64,000 nucleotides of DNA from Nitrosopumilus sp. GTDB lineage: Archaea > Thermoproteota > Nitrososphaeria > Nitrososphaerales > Nitrosopumilaceae. Position 1 is the stretch's first letter. Each line of letters begins with the position of its first letter. Shown here in pieces: positions 20,145 to 30,886 of this stretch. The notes below the pieces were generated by a model that was not told where the DNA came from, searched no databases, and saw only the letters and a program-made list of their open reading frames with translations. The DNA lies in contig OZ244651.1 of NCBI GenBank assembly GCA_965218695.1, positions 224,001 through 288,000 of the forward strand, in the 5' to 3' direction. Made by a program: the position numbers and the translations under genes.

Positions 20145-20227
20145 ACGTTACTTGTGTGAATCCATAGGGAATTAAATGCTACGCCGAGCAAGCCGAAGGA
20201 GTCAAAACCTCACTCCATACAACGGAT

Positions 20228-22066
20228 TCATCTGGACATCTCTGACCATTTTGGTTTCTCGTTTTGAACCCACAGGAACTTCTTTTGCAGTGCCGACGTG
20301 TACATCTTCTCCCATTCTACACCCACATGATCAGCCCATGCCTTGAACATGCGGGGATCGATATAGTTTCGAAGGGATGTGCCGAGGTTGTAGTCCTTGG
20401 TCTTCCCTGTCAGGGTGATCTGCAGTTTCATCTTCTCGATCTGCATACCATGTCTTTCCTTCTGCCCTCTGATCTGCTTGTTCAATCTCCTGATTCTTTT
20501 GTTTTTGTTCTTCCTCTGAATGTCGGTTTTTGGTTCACTGTCTTTTACCTGCGTCCGCCTCTTCTCTGTTTTTTCCCATGGCTTTTTTTCCATCCTGATC
20601 TTGAGATTGTCCCTCCTCTTTTGCAGTCCCTTTTCAAACGTCTTGGGGATGGTTCTCTTGTGGTTGCATTTTTTGGCGGCCTCAAGGTTTGCCAGTTTTG
20701 CGTGATGAATCTTTGCATCTACACTCTTTTCTTTTATCGTGTCGTGTTTTGCAAGATAATCCTTGACTGCCTTGGTGGCAAGATAAGTCCTGAACACCTT
20801 GGCAGTCATTCCCGGTACTATTTTTGAATAGTATGCATTGACCCGTCTTGAGGTGATCTTGTCAAAGATCTCATCCTTTGGCTTCTTCTTGCCAATTATC
20901 CTCTTGAGGTTTTCCTGAAACTGCTTGTCATCACCTTCTGCCTTTACCGTCTTCTGCCATTCTACGCTGTCTTTTCCAAGAAAATCAAATTTTACTGCAT
21001 TCTCCGTGATGGTGATATGCTCCTTTCTCAGGGTAGTGGCACCTACCGTGTCTGCCTCGTCAGAATCCTTCTCGTCACCTACCCTCATCGCAGTACTGTA
21101 AATAAGATAGCATACAGTAGCGATTGTACGGGTTTTTTCATCCTTACTTTTCATGTCCCGCACCATCTCTTTCAGTATCTCGCCAATCTCCTTTCCCAGC
21201 GTTGCTACCTTGTCGTACTTTTCCTTGTCCTTGTCCTGCTTTACTCCGGCAGTATCTGCAAGCCACACATACTTTGTGTTCCCTGTAAGGTGATCCGTCC
21301 ACTTGGCAAGCCATGTCGCATCACTCTGGGAGACGATCTTGCCCCAATCTCCCTTGGGCACCTTGGCCTGCTTTCCAAGGTTCAGCGTCACATCCTTGAA
21401 GTCAACCCGTGGTTTCCACCTGCCCCTGAGCGGATGATCGCCCCTTCCGATGAATATTCCGGGTGGCTCTGCCATGTAGTTTGCAATATCCACCTTTTTC
21501 CCGTTCATGATGGCAGTGCCGTATTTCCTTTTCAATTTATCCCGTTCTGCATTCTTTTCTTTTGCACGCGCCTCTCTTTCTTCTTTCTTCTTTTTTGCAC
21601 GCGCCTCTCTTTCTTCTTTTATTTTCTTTGCAAATTCCTCTCTTTCTTCCTTTGTCATCTTTGCCATGGCTTCCTTTTCCTCCTTTCTCTTCTTTATTCG
21701 CGCCTCTTTCTCTTCCTTTCTCTTCTTTATTCGCGCCTCTTTCTCTTCCTCCTTCCTTTTCTCCCGCTCGGCTTTTTCCTCGTCGACTATCCTGTAGGCG
21801 TCTGAAAAATCGATATCCTTGTAGGAGATCTTTCTGAATTCTCGGTTCAGGGTTTTGGCAAAATCCACCGTAAAGTTTTTTTGAAACACACTGTCCTGTA
21901 CGTATGGCGTGTCCTTCTTTTTTGCCCACTGATAAACCATCTCTTCCTGTTCAATGTTCAGGTCTACCTCCTCCCCACGAATCCTTATCTTGATCTGGCG
22001 GGACTCGTATGCCGGCGGGAACCGTATTCCGTTATGCTGTAGGGCTTTCCATTTCATTCTCTTCAA
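20228..22066 (-). CDS. DNA topoisomerase IB
   Basis: WK.LQHNG..FPP, EPPGIF.GRG.HP.RG, R.GDEKD, FLGKDS, AKVFRTY, CNHKR, LGTSLRNYIDPR motifs. Confidence 0.96.
   Translation of the reverse strand: MKRMKWKALQHNGIRFPPAYESRQIKIRIRGEEVDLNIEQEEMVYQWAKKKDTPYVQDSVFQKNFTVDFAKTLNREFRKISYKDIDFSDAYRIVDEEKAEREKRKEEEKEARIKKRKEEKEARIKKRKEEKEAMAKMTKEEREEFAKKIKEEREARAKKKKEEREARAKEKNAERDKLKRKYGTAIMNGKKVDIANYMAEPPGIFIGRGDHPLRGRWKPRVDFKDVTLNLGKQAKVPKGDWGKIVSQSDATWLAKWTDHLTGNTKYVWLADTAGVKQDKDKEKYDKVATLGKEIGEILKEMVRDMKSKDEKTRTIATVCYLIYSTAMRVGDEKDSDEADTVGATTLRKEHITITENAVKFDFLGKDSVEWQKTVKAEGDDKQFQENLKRIIGKKKPKDEIFDKITSRRVNAYYSKIVPGMTAKVFRTYLATKAVKDYLAKHDTIKEKSVDAKIHHAKLANLEAAKKCNHKRTIPKTFEKGLQKRRDNLKIRMEKKPWEKTEKRRTQVKDSEPKTDIQRKNKNKRIRRLNKQIRGQKERHGMQIEKMKLQITLTGKTKDYNLGTSLRNYIDPRMFKAWADHVGVEWEKMYTSALQKKFLWVQNEKPKWSEMSR
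21560..21746 (-). repeat. Two in-frame 33-bp tandem duplications inside topoisomerase IB
   Basis: 21681-21713 repeated at 21714-21746; 21560-21586 repeated at 21593-21619. Confidence 0.88.
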
Positions 22067-22371
22067 TTTCGATCCTGTGTATGTATATCAACTTACCGTA
22101 AAACGTCAAAATAACGCATGGTTGTTCCACAAGTGGCAGAAACCTTGATGTGTCGTGGTAGCATGCCTGAAGATGCATGCTGGATCAAATTGCATCACAT
22201 CATGATGCAGTGCATCCAATTCTGACACCATACGAGTTCATCCTGCTGTGGAAAAATATCCAAAATGGCGTGTTTTTCTGGTCGTTACACATATCATGTA
22301 AAATTCATGTATGTGTCTGTTGTTGGATTTTCCGTGTCTACAAATCAGATTGAGCTATTTTTCCCGTGGTG

Positions 22372-23199
22372 CTATCTGGGAAAGAGCTCCTTGCTCATGT
22401 ATTCTTCAAACTCCAAATCCGTCTTTTCCTCCTTTGCCTGCATGAACATGGCCGCATCTGTCCCTATAAGGTATCTTGGCAGCATCTTTTGATCATGAAT
22501 CGCCTTTAGGACGGTCGCTGCAACCTGTGCAGGCGGCGTCCCCATATCTATCATCATTTTTAGACCCATCTGTATGTGGTCAGTAAGTTTCTTGTACCTG
22601 GGATCCTTGCTCGAGTCCGGCGTTTTCATGGCCTCAAGAAAGTTTGTCTTGACCACTCCTGGCTCAATCAGCGTTGTCCTAATTCCAAACTGGCCAAGTT
22701 CATACCTGAGACATTCCCCCAACCCCTCAAGCGCAAACTTTGAACTGATGTATGCCGGAAAGCCGGGCAGGCCCATTCTTCCTGCAACCGAACTGATGTT
22801 TACTATGTCCCCTGAACCCTGTCTTCTCATGACCGGGGCTACCTCCTGGATGATCCGTACAATGCCAAAAAAATTCGTCTCAAACTGCTTTCTAAAATCA
22901 TCCGTTGATATCTCTTCTGTGCATCCAAACTGTGCATATCCGGCATTATTTACCAGCACATCGATCCTCTGGCAGTCATCCAGGATCTTTCCAATTGCAG
23001 ACACCACCGATTTCTCCTTGGTTACATCCATCTCGATGATGTTGATTGGAAGGCCCTCATTTACGGCAGATTCCAGTCCCGAGGATTTCTTGGTATCCCT
23101 CATGCTTGCAAATGTTTTGTATCCGTCTCTTGCAAGTGCCAACGCCGTCTCTAATCCTATGCCTGATGAACTTCCTGTTACAAGGGCTATCTTTTCCAT
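22372..23199 (-). CDS. Short-chain dehydrogenase/reductase
   Basis: TGSSSGIG, NNAG, YISSK, IEPG motifs. Confidence 0.94.
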   Translation of the reverse strand: MEKIALVTGSSSGIGLETALALARDGYKTFASMRDTKKSSGLESAVNEGLPINIIEMDVTKEKSVVSAIGKILDDCQRIDVLVNNAGYAQFGCTEEISTDDFRKQFETNFFGIVRIIQEVAPVMRRQGSGDIVNISSVAGRMGLPGFPAYISSKFALEGLGECLRYELGQFGIRTTLIEPGVVKTNFLEAMKTPDSSKDPRYKKLTDHIQMGLKMMIDMGTPPAQVAATVLKAIHDQKMLPRYLIGTDAAMFMQAKEEKTDLEFEEYMSKELFPR

Positions 23200-23350
23200 G
23201 GATATGCTGTTACCTTGCCATATTTATGCTGTTTTGGATTGTTGCAGCACGATACTGTCTGTCACGTATGCCCTTTGGATGTTGTGTGTCCCATGAATTA
23301 ATCCCAGCCAAGTTCCGTCCAAGACATGTTTTCCAGACTATCAATGACTA

Positions 23351-24438
23351 TAGTGTCAATCAAAAGTCTTCTACGTCAGTCTGAGCGTAACATTTTTTGA
23401 TCACTCCGCACTACCGCCCACATGGATGAAAAAAGCAAAAAGCTGTTAATCCAGGCCTACAAGAAAGAGAAGAGGGGAACCATAAAGGACAGGATCCACG
23501 CCGTCTGCATGGTCAAGATCAGGGGGCTGGGCGTATCCGAGGTGGCATCACTGTGCTTTTGCGACCCGCACACTGTCACAAGCTGGGTCCGGCATTTTGA
23601 TAGCGAGGGTCTTGCAGGCCTGGAAGACAGGCCCCGCCCGGGCAGGCCGCCCAAGGTCGGGCTTGAGAAGATTGCGGGGCTTGCAGCAAGGACTGGCAGC
23701 ATCACAACTCCAAAGCAGCTCAAAGAAAACATACGCAAAGAATTCAAGGTGACATACCACATTTCAAACGTCACAAAGATAATGCACAGGCTTGGCCTGT
23801 CTGCCAAGACGGCCCGGCGCATCCACGTCAACAGGCCAGAGATCAAAAAGATCAGGCAGTGGCAGCGCAACGCCAAAAGGCGGATTTCACGCCTGCAAGA
23901 GAAGGGTTTTCTCCCAGTCGTCTTTGACGAGGCCATATTTGTAGACGATCCGGCATCGGGCGTAAAGTATTGGTCGCCAGAAGGCGAGCCGATTGTCACG
24001 ACATACAAGGGACGGCACGGAAAGGTGGTGGCATACGGTTCCATTGTAACAGACGGCAGGCAGTTCTTCAGGACGCATGAAAAATTTGACAAGGAGACGG
24101 TCCTGCAGTATCTCAAGGATCTGGTCAGGCATTTTGGAAAGGTGGTCGTAATCATGGATAATGCGCCACAACACAAGTCAAGGATCGTGATGAAATTTCT
24201 AAAGGAAAATCCCGACATCAAGGTCATGTGGCTTCCAGCTGCAACGCCCGAGCTTAGCGGCGTGGAGGAGTACTGGCACCAGGCAAAACGTAACGTGCTG
24301 GTGTCCGAGTACTATGCCACGATAGTGCAGATGCGCAACGCGATGTCGGAGTATTTCAGGACCGCGCGTCCAAGGATTGACGTAATGGAGTTTATCTGTA
24401 GAAAGTCCCTAAATGTAAAAAACTTTTGATCGACACTA
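23351..24438 (+). mobile_element. IS630-family element, transposase 23422..24429
   Basis: TIR tagtgtc(a/g)atcaaaagt; TA duplication at 23349-23350 and 24439-24440; FDEA, MDNA, PELSGVEE motifs. Confidence 0.93.
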
Positions 24439-24577
24439 TATATGAAGGCAGTCTGTCAAAGCCAGCAGGTCTGATGTTGGTATGATTTCAAGTTCAAGTG
24501 CGGTTTTACGAGTCTGGTATTTGATACAAGCCCGCACCGCTGCAAAAACCGCGACTTGTCCCTTTAGAGGATGAAAA

Positions 24578-25375
24578 ATGAGGACGGCTTTTTATATAAT
24601 TATCCCGGTAGCGATATTTTCAATAGTGTTTGTCAATGCGCTTTTTGGCCATTTGATTTTTGCATCAGACGCCTCTCAGGCAACCAGCAAGTATTCGGTG
24701 TATGTGCATTTGTTGACTGAATGGGGCAGCAACTCCAAAAATATTATTTTTGACGTAACAAATTCCTGGTACCGGTCAGGCAATAACGCTGATCGGGATC
24801 TTGTATTTGATGCAGAATCCAAAGAGTATAACGCAAACAATCTTCAAGAAATACATGAAAAATCATACGTCGAGCTAAAGCACGAATTTAGTGACTGCAA
24901 GGAGGAATGGCAGCCGGTGCTATACCGGAGGGCAGTGGACGCCGTGCAGCATGGAATTGAATATGTCCGGGGAAGTCAGCTAAGCACAGATCCCGGCATT
25001 TCAGTTTATCCAGACGTTGATAATGCCAATTATGACAACCTTGAGCAGCAATCAAAAATTAAAAACGGATACCTGCAGTTTCTCCCAATATGCACATCCA
25101 AAAGTAACACGTCCTATGACTATAGCATAAGGACAGACAACGGAGATGTTGGGTTCGATGTATATTTTGTCCCGTCCCCGGCACAGGTTGAAACATTTTC
25201 CAGTCCTGATTTTGAGCACTACTCCGAGCCTGGTTGCTATGGACAAAACAAGCAGAGCTATAGCGGCACATGCCATAACATTCAAAGAAATGGCGGCCTG
25301 CTGGTAATACTTCCGGACGAACTCAGGCCATCTACCACAAAAGTCACTGTAAACATGTATGAAAAAGACCAGTGA
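24578..25375 (+). CDS. Secreted/membrane-anchored hypothetical protein
   Basis: Hydrophobic N-terminus; 265-aa ORF with four Cys. Confidence 0.8.
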   Translation: MRTAFYIIIPVAIFSIVFVNALFGHLIFASDASQATSKYSVYVHLLTEWGSNSKNIIFDVTNSWYRSGNNADRDLVFDAESKEYNANNLQEIHEKSYVELKHEFSDCKEEWQPVLYRRAVDAVQHGIEYVRGSQLSTDPGISVYPDVDNANYDNLEQQSKIKNGYLQFLPICTSKSNTSYDYSIRTDNGDVGFDVYFVPSPAQVETFSSPDFEHYSEPGCYGQNKQSYSGTCHNIQRNGGLLVILPDELRPSTTKVTVNMYEKDQ

Positions 25376-25550
25376 TGCAGGCAGTCATTTTATTGTTCAT
25401 GGCCCAACTCTAAATGATGTGGAAAATGGCAGTAAGTTTGACTACAGCGCAGGCGTCAACAGCATAACATGATAAAAAAATTCGACATTCTTTTTTATTT
25501 TTTTATATTAATATTTTTAAAAATGGAAGCATGTTTGGGAATATTCCTGC

Positions 25551-28049
25551 TCATACCAGAGGCCTCTCTCCTTCAACAGGCTCGACAATCTTTGTCTCCT
25601 CCCCGCCAATAATCCTCTCAAGAATCTCCCGTGACGCATTCTTGTGCAGGTACTCGTTGTTGTTTCCGCATCTGTATGAGAACGTGCAGCGGGGGCACCC
25701 TGACTCTGCCTTGCATGGGCACTCCCCCACGATGGCAAGTCCCCTCCTGAGCACCTTCTCAAACCTGTCATAGAGGGCCTTGCTGGCACCGCTGCCCCCC
25801 ACCGCCCCGTCATATACAAAAATCAGACCCGACGTACCCAGCGATATGCCGCCAAGATCCTGGGAAACCCCCCCGGTAATCATGTTGCCTCCCTCAATCA
25901 CCACATGCTCTGTCGCATGGTATCCGCTGGCCTCTACATACTCTGGATTCTCTGCAGTGCCGGCGGATTTGACGGGCCTTGGAGCATGAAAGACGATTCC
26001 CTTTGTGACAAAGTCATACTCGATGGGTTCATCGAGCAGAAACTTTTCCCCCTGACCGACCTCTTCGCCAAATCTGATCCTGACATACCCGTAGACTGTC
26101 TTTTTGATGTGCAGCCTGCAGAATGCAACCTCGATGCCGTACGCATTCCTCCTCTCCATGACCATCCTGATCGTGGGCCATTCCTCGGTAAGCGCCCTTG
26201 TGTAGTACGGGTAATCCCAGGTAATCCTCTCCAGCCTGGCGTGCCTCCCGGCAGCATCAAATTCACTTACCCTGTACTTGGTGCCTGCCAGAAGATAGAT
26301 GGCATCCTTGTGCAGCTCCCCCAGCGCAATCGGAAGTGCCCTCTCTCCCACCTTTTTGCCATCCAAAAGTATGTCTACTGACTCCCCAATCCCCCTGATG
26401 CTGTACTGCGCCAGCTGCCGAATCCTGTTCGGAACCGGAAGTACCCTGTCGTTGGAAACTTTGAGATTCCCCCTCATGATGTGGCTTTCTATGACATCCC
26501 TGTGCTCTGCCATCCCGCGTACCGATATTGGCATGTCGCAGGCCATGGCCAGTATCTGAAACTCCTCTATGAACGGGTTGTCCGGATCAACGTAGATCCT
26601 CTCGATGTCCTCAAAGTAGTCATCAGAATGATTCCTATAGTACTGGGAGATGGGATCATTTCCAAGCACCAGGAACGCGTACCCGCGCTGCCCCTTTCTT
26701 GCCGATCTCCCTATTCTCTGGATCAGCCTGTTTACCGGTACTGCCGATGAGACCACACAGTCAACATCCCCAATGTCTATGCCAAGTTCCAGCGTGGGGG
26801 TGCACGATATTGCCTGCAGGCTGCCATCCCTGAACTGTTGCTCGACTGCCCTCCTGTAGCCCGACATCAGGCCCGCCCTGTGAACCCTTATGTCGATCTT
26901 TTTTCGCTGCGCCTGAATCGCCAGCAGTTCGGCGTTCAGGTGGGAGTTGCTGAAGATCATCGTCTTGTGGTGCTGCTTTGTCATCTTTTTTGCAATATCC
27001 GTCATCAGGTTTCTCTGTGACATGAGGGACGGAAACAGCATTGCAAAGTCTATGCCTCCCCTTCTTCCTGCGCCGCAGATAACACGCATCTCTTGGCCAA
27101 ACAACTGACTGCAAAACTCTTCGGAGTTTTCAAGGGTTGCAGATGCTGCCACGATCTGCAGTTTGTTCCTGCATATTCTCCTGAACCTCTTTATGATGTA
27201 GTGCACGTTTGAGCCAAAGATTCCAGAGTAGACATGCGCCTCATCAACCACAAGAATCCTGGCTGATGCCAGAAGCGATGCAAACCTAGTATGCCTCCAC
27301 ATGTGGTAGTGTAGCACGTCAAAGTTTGTCACTATTATTTTGGGAGAATTCTTGATGATTCTGATTCTGTCTACTTGTGCAGTATCCCCGTCAAACACCT
27401 CTGCGCTAATCCCCATTGCCCCTGCAAGCTCCCGAATCTTTGTAATCTGATCGCGTGCAAGCGCCTTTGTGGGATATACAAACACCGCAAAGACTCCCGT
27501 GCCTGCCTCCCCTGCAACCCTCTGTATTGTGGGAACCATGAACGCCTCGGTCTTGCCTGACGCGGTGGGTGCCTCAATGACCACGCTCTGTCCTGCCATG
27601 ATCCCTGTGATCGCCTCCTCCTGAAACCTGTAAAACCTCTCTATTCCCCTTTCTGCCAGATGCCTGCAGATGGGCTCACTCAGGCCCGACTCGTTCACAC
27701 TGACACCCATGTCCGGTTCGGGACCTGTCATGTCCCTATACTGCGCCACATAGTACCTGCGCGAGAAGAGTATCCCCCTGACTGTCTCGTCTGGCTCGGA
27801 GTCTCTGATCATTGCAGCAACCTCTTCCCTGCTTCTGATCATCTCAAGCTCTTCAAACTTCTGCCCAGCCCCGTCTGTGACCAGTCCTTGGTCAAACCTT
27901 GCAAGAAACTCCAGAAATATCTCATCTGTACTCCCTAACGGTTCAACCATGTCTCCGATTCCGCAACTGCTGCATGAGACGTGCATCATCTTGTTGAATG
28001 TCTTTTGAATATCCATTCCTGATCTGCATTTGGGACAGGCAAACTTCAC
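25551..28049 (-). CDS. DEAH-box helicase with C-terminal DUF1998 (Hrq1/YprA-like) and N-terminal Zn ribbon
   Basis: PTASGKT, DEAH, SAT, LELGIDIG, QRIGRS, CPC..GCPRC..C; GTG start at 28049. Confidence 0.92.
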   Translation of the reverse strand: MKFACPKCRSGMDIQKTFNKMMHVSCSSCGIGDMVEPLGSTDEIFLEFLARFDQGLVTDGAGQKFEELEMIRSREEVAAMIRDSEPDETVRGILFSRRYYVAQYRDMTGPEPDMGVSVNESGLSEPICRHLAERGIERFYRFQEEAITGIMAGQSVVIEAPTASGKTEAFMVPTIQRVAGEAGTGVFAVFVYPTKALARDQITKIRELAGAMGISAEVFDGDTAQVDRIRIIKNSPKIIVTNFDVLHYHMWRHTRFASLLASARILVVDEAHVYSGIFGSNVHYIIKRFRRICRNKLQIVAASATLENSEEFCSQLFGQEMRVICGAGRRGGIDFAMLFPSLMSQRNLMTDIAKKMTKQHHKTMIFSNSHLNAELLAIQAQRKKIDIRVHRAGLMSGYRRAVEQQFRDGSLQAISCTPTLELGIDIGDVDCVVSSAVPVNRLIQRIGRSARKGQRGYAFLVLGNDPISQYYRNHSDDYFEDIERIYVDPDNPFIEEFQILAMACDMPISVRGMAEHRDVIESHIMRGNLKVSNDRVLPVPNRIRQLAQYSIRGIGESVDILLDGKKVGERALPIALGELHKDAIYLLAGTKYRVSEFDAAGRHARLERITWDYPYYTRALTEEWPTIRMVMERRNAYGIEVAFCRLHIKKTVYGYVRIRFGEEVGQGEKFLLDEPIEYDFVTKGIVFHAPRPVKSAGTAENPEYVEASGYHATEHVVIEGGNMITGGVSQDLGGISLGTSGLIFVYDGAVGGSGASKALYDRFEKVLRRGLAIVGECPCKAESGCPRCTFSYRCGNNNEYLHKNASREILERIIGGEETKIVEPVEGERPLV

Positions 28050-28087
28050 AATATGTGCAGGCAGGGACTGATTTATTGCTATATCTG

Positions 28088-29300
28088 GGGTGTGTCCTAG
28101 TAATAAAAAATGCCATTTCATGTGCCAGGATGCCAAAGACATGATTGGTGCCAGAACCCGTCGACACCAACAGTGCCGCACCATTAATCCCCCACAACCC
28201 ATAAAATCCCCCAAATCCAAGACACTGTGCGGAGGCTCCGCTAGGAGGCGCGTGTCAAGACGCGCCGGTTACGCTGCAAGTGTTGCGATTTGATCCTGTG
28301 TGAGCCTGCCGTCTTTTGCCTGCAATCTGGCCACGAGCTCGACGTTGTAGCACATGACACGGATCGCAGTCTCCCTTCTCCGGTTCTCGTGTTTTCGGCA
28401 CCTGGTGCTGTCCCCGTACATCTTCTTGAGGGCTGCAAAGACTGCCTCGATGATGCTGCGCTGGTGGTACTGCGAGTCAAACCTGTCCTTGTCATCCATG
28501 TACAGGCTTACCATTTCGCGCCACGACTGACTTCCCCTGGCGTTGCGTATGGTGTTGGATTTTGGCTTGATGCGGGGCACCATTCCCATCGCAGATATCA
28601 TGTTGCACATGAGCCTTGCCAGGTATGCAGAATCCAGGCAAAAGTCACCGGTGCCTAGGCCGAGCCTGCCGAGCATCGCGTACAGCCCGTTTATGTCTGC
28701 CACCGCGCTGTCAGTTGCCATGCAGTCGATTATCACCCTGGTGCGTATGTCCACGATTGCGTGCAGCTTGACCCATCCCTTTCTGGTACGAAAACTGTCG
28801 GTCCTGACGTTAAACCACCTGACAAACCGCAGGTACGAGTACCCGGTACTGTCTGCTGCCAAGGAGCCTGTCCCCACCTCCCTGATGGCAATCCGGTGTG
28901 TCTCTGCCAGATACCATTCCGGGATCAGGCCGTAGGCGCGTGCTATCGTGCTCTTGGAGGGAATTCTGTCCAGGCCCATCCTGGCTGCCATGACGCTGTT
29001 ACTTCGGAGAATGCCGACCATCTTGCGGTAGGTCGTGCGCTGTGCCTCAAGCATGATGCAGACAGCTGCCATGGCGCCAGGCGGGTATGCCGTCATGCCG
29101 CCCAAGCCGGGCCAGACGGCGTACGGATCCCCAAGCTCTTTGATTATCCCCAGCACGGTATTCAGCATGAGGCCCGGCATGTACTGCTGAACCAGATCGT
29201 ACTGTCGTTGGTCGCGTTTCTTTGTAGTCATTAGGCGATGCCGTGATCTGCCGATCCATATCTTTTGTCATCCTAGAGTATATCTCTCTAGGACACACCC
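28088..29300 (-). mobile_element. IS5-like element, transposase 28269..29231
   Basis: TIR gggtgtgtcctag; 9-bp TSD ctatatctg at 28079-28087 and 29301-29309; ADSTG, LDSAY, YHQRSIIE motifs. Confidence 0.92.
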
Positions 29301-29338
29301 CTATATCTGCCATCATTTATTAGACAAGAGCAGATTCC

Positions 29339-30118
29339 TTGAATCTAAAAATGGTAGAGATTAAGACCAACTGCATCTACAACATGGACTGCGTTGATGG
29401 CATGGCAATGATTCCTGACGGCATGATTGATCTCGTCATTACGGATCCCCCGTTTGCCATAAGGTTTGGTGGAAGAAAGGCAAACTACAACCGGCTACCA
29501 TCAAGGGTGCTCTCCGGATACAGCGAGATCAAGGCCGATGACTATTACCGTTTTACCCGCGAATGGATGACCCAGGCATTCCGGATCCTCAAGGATTCTG
29601 GAAGCATGTACGTCTTTTCAGGCTGGAACAACCTCAAGGACGTTCTTCAGGCACTTGACGATGTGGGGTTTGTAACTGTCAACCACATCATATGGAAGTA
29701 CCAGTTTGGGGTAGTCACCAAAAGGAGGTTTGTGACCTCCCACTACCACTGCCTCTTTGTCTGCAAGGACGACTCCAAGAAGCAATTCTATCCGTTCTCC
29801 AGATTCGGCAAGGACCAAAGGGAGGACGGGCGGAGCCTTCACTATAGGGACAAGGAGGATGTCTGGGAGATCAAGAGGGAGTATTGGAGTGGTTCTGAAA
29901 AGACCCCGACCAAGCTGCCTGCAGATCTGATAAAAAAGATACTGGCATACTCTAGCCAGGAACAGGACACTGTACTGGATCCGTTTCTTGGTTCCGGACA
30001 GGTTGCAGTCGTAAGCAAGTCATGCGGCAGGAATTTTGTGGGCTTTGAGATAGTCCCGGAATATTACCGGTTTGCCAAAAGGAGGCTTGACGAGAACCTG
30101 TACAAGATAGACTCATGA
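29339..30118 (+). CDS. Site-specific N4/N6 DNA methyltransferase (beta class), no adjacent endonuclease
   Basis: TDPPF motif IV before DPFLGSG motif I. Confidence 0.92.
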   Translation: MNLKMVEIKTNCIYNMDCVDGMAMIPDGMIDLVITDPPFAIRFGGRKANYNRLPSRVLSGYSEIKADDYYRFTREWMTQAFRILKDSGSMYVFSGWNNLKDVLQALDDVGFVTVNHIIWKYQFGVVTKRRFVTSHYHCLFVCKDDSKKQFYPFSRFGKDQREDGRSLHYRDKEDVWEIKREYWSGSEKTPTKLPADLIKKILAYSSQEQDTVLDPFLGSGQVAVVSKSCGRNFVGFEIVPEYYRFAKRRLDENLYKIDS

Positions 30119-30149
30119 CAAGACACCACTACCACCGCCCATGATGGAT

Positions 30150-30500
30150 TCATGATGATACATCACCCTGACTGTTTGGCCTGCTACCGCCCATCTTGTC
30201 TGAAATGATCTTTCGCAGCTCCTCGTCTGTCTTTCCATCCACGCTGGCCCCTGCCGACTTTGCCATTGCCTCAAGCTTCTCCCTCTCTGTTCCCACGGGC
30301 CCTGTAATCTCCTGCATCTTGCCTGATGCATCATCCATGTGCTCCTGTATGCCTTTTTTGGCCTTGTTGTATTCGTTGACTGCCTTTCCAATCTTCCTTG
30401 CAGTGCCTGGAAGCTTTCCTGTACCCAGAATGAGGATCAGTGCTGCAAATATGATGATTATCCACTCGCTACCGCCTATGTTCAGCCCATACTCCTGCAT
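30150..30500 (-). CDS. tatA: Twin-arginine translocase TatA/E subunit
   Basis: IGGSEWIII...LG..KLP..AR.IGKA..EY. Confidence 0.88.
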   Translation of the reverse strand: MQEYGLNIGGSEWIIIIFAALILILGTGKLPGTARKIGKAVNEYNKAKKGIQEHMDDASGKMQEITGPVGTEREKLEAMAKSAGASVDGKTDEELRKIISDKMGGSRPNSQGDVSS

Positions 30501-30886
30501 GGTGTGTAATGGTCAGGATTGAAATTAAATGTAATGTTGTTTGATTGACCGGACCTGGCATGAACTCCCTGGTTCACAAAAAAAAGGACAGACCTGTCAG
30601 TTCCAGACCTGCGTGTCTAAGTTGCAGGCTACCAGGGTCACCGGCAGGAACCACAATGTGCGTAAAATGTTTTTCAGGAATTAATCCCAAATTATGCAGA
30701 CTGATAACACGCATCCTTCTGATTGGGCGCCTGCAGGCCGTCTGAGAATGTCCCTGACAGGTTTTGCCATTTTTTATCCTGTCTGGAAACCCGCATATTC
30801 TCCGATGTCCGTACCTTATCCCCTCACGGAAACTGCCTGTCTGTGGCGTCGGGATTTGGCCATGCATTATTCTGCATGGAAATGGC

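Noticed and set aside
28050-28220. N-terminal extension of the helicase
   Set aside because: It runs into the adjacent IS; the likely start is GTG at 28049.
29339-30118. Restriction-modification or helicase-methylase defence system
   Set aside because: No nuclease nearby. The helicase is divergently transcribed and the neighbours are housekeeping genes.
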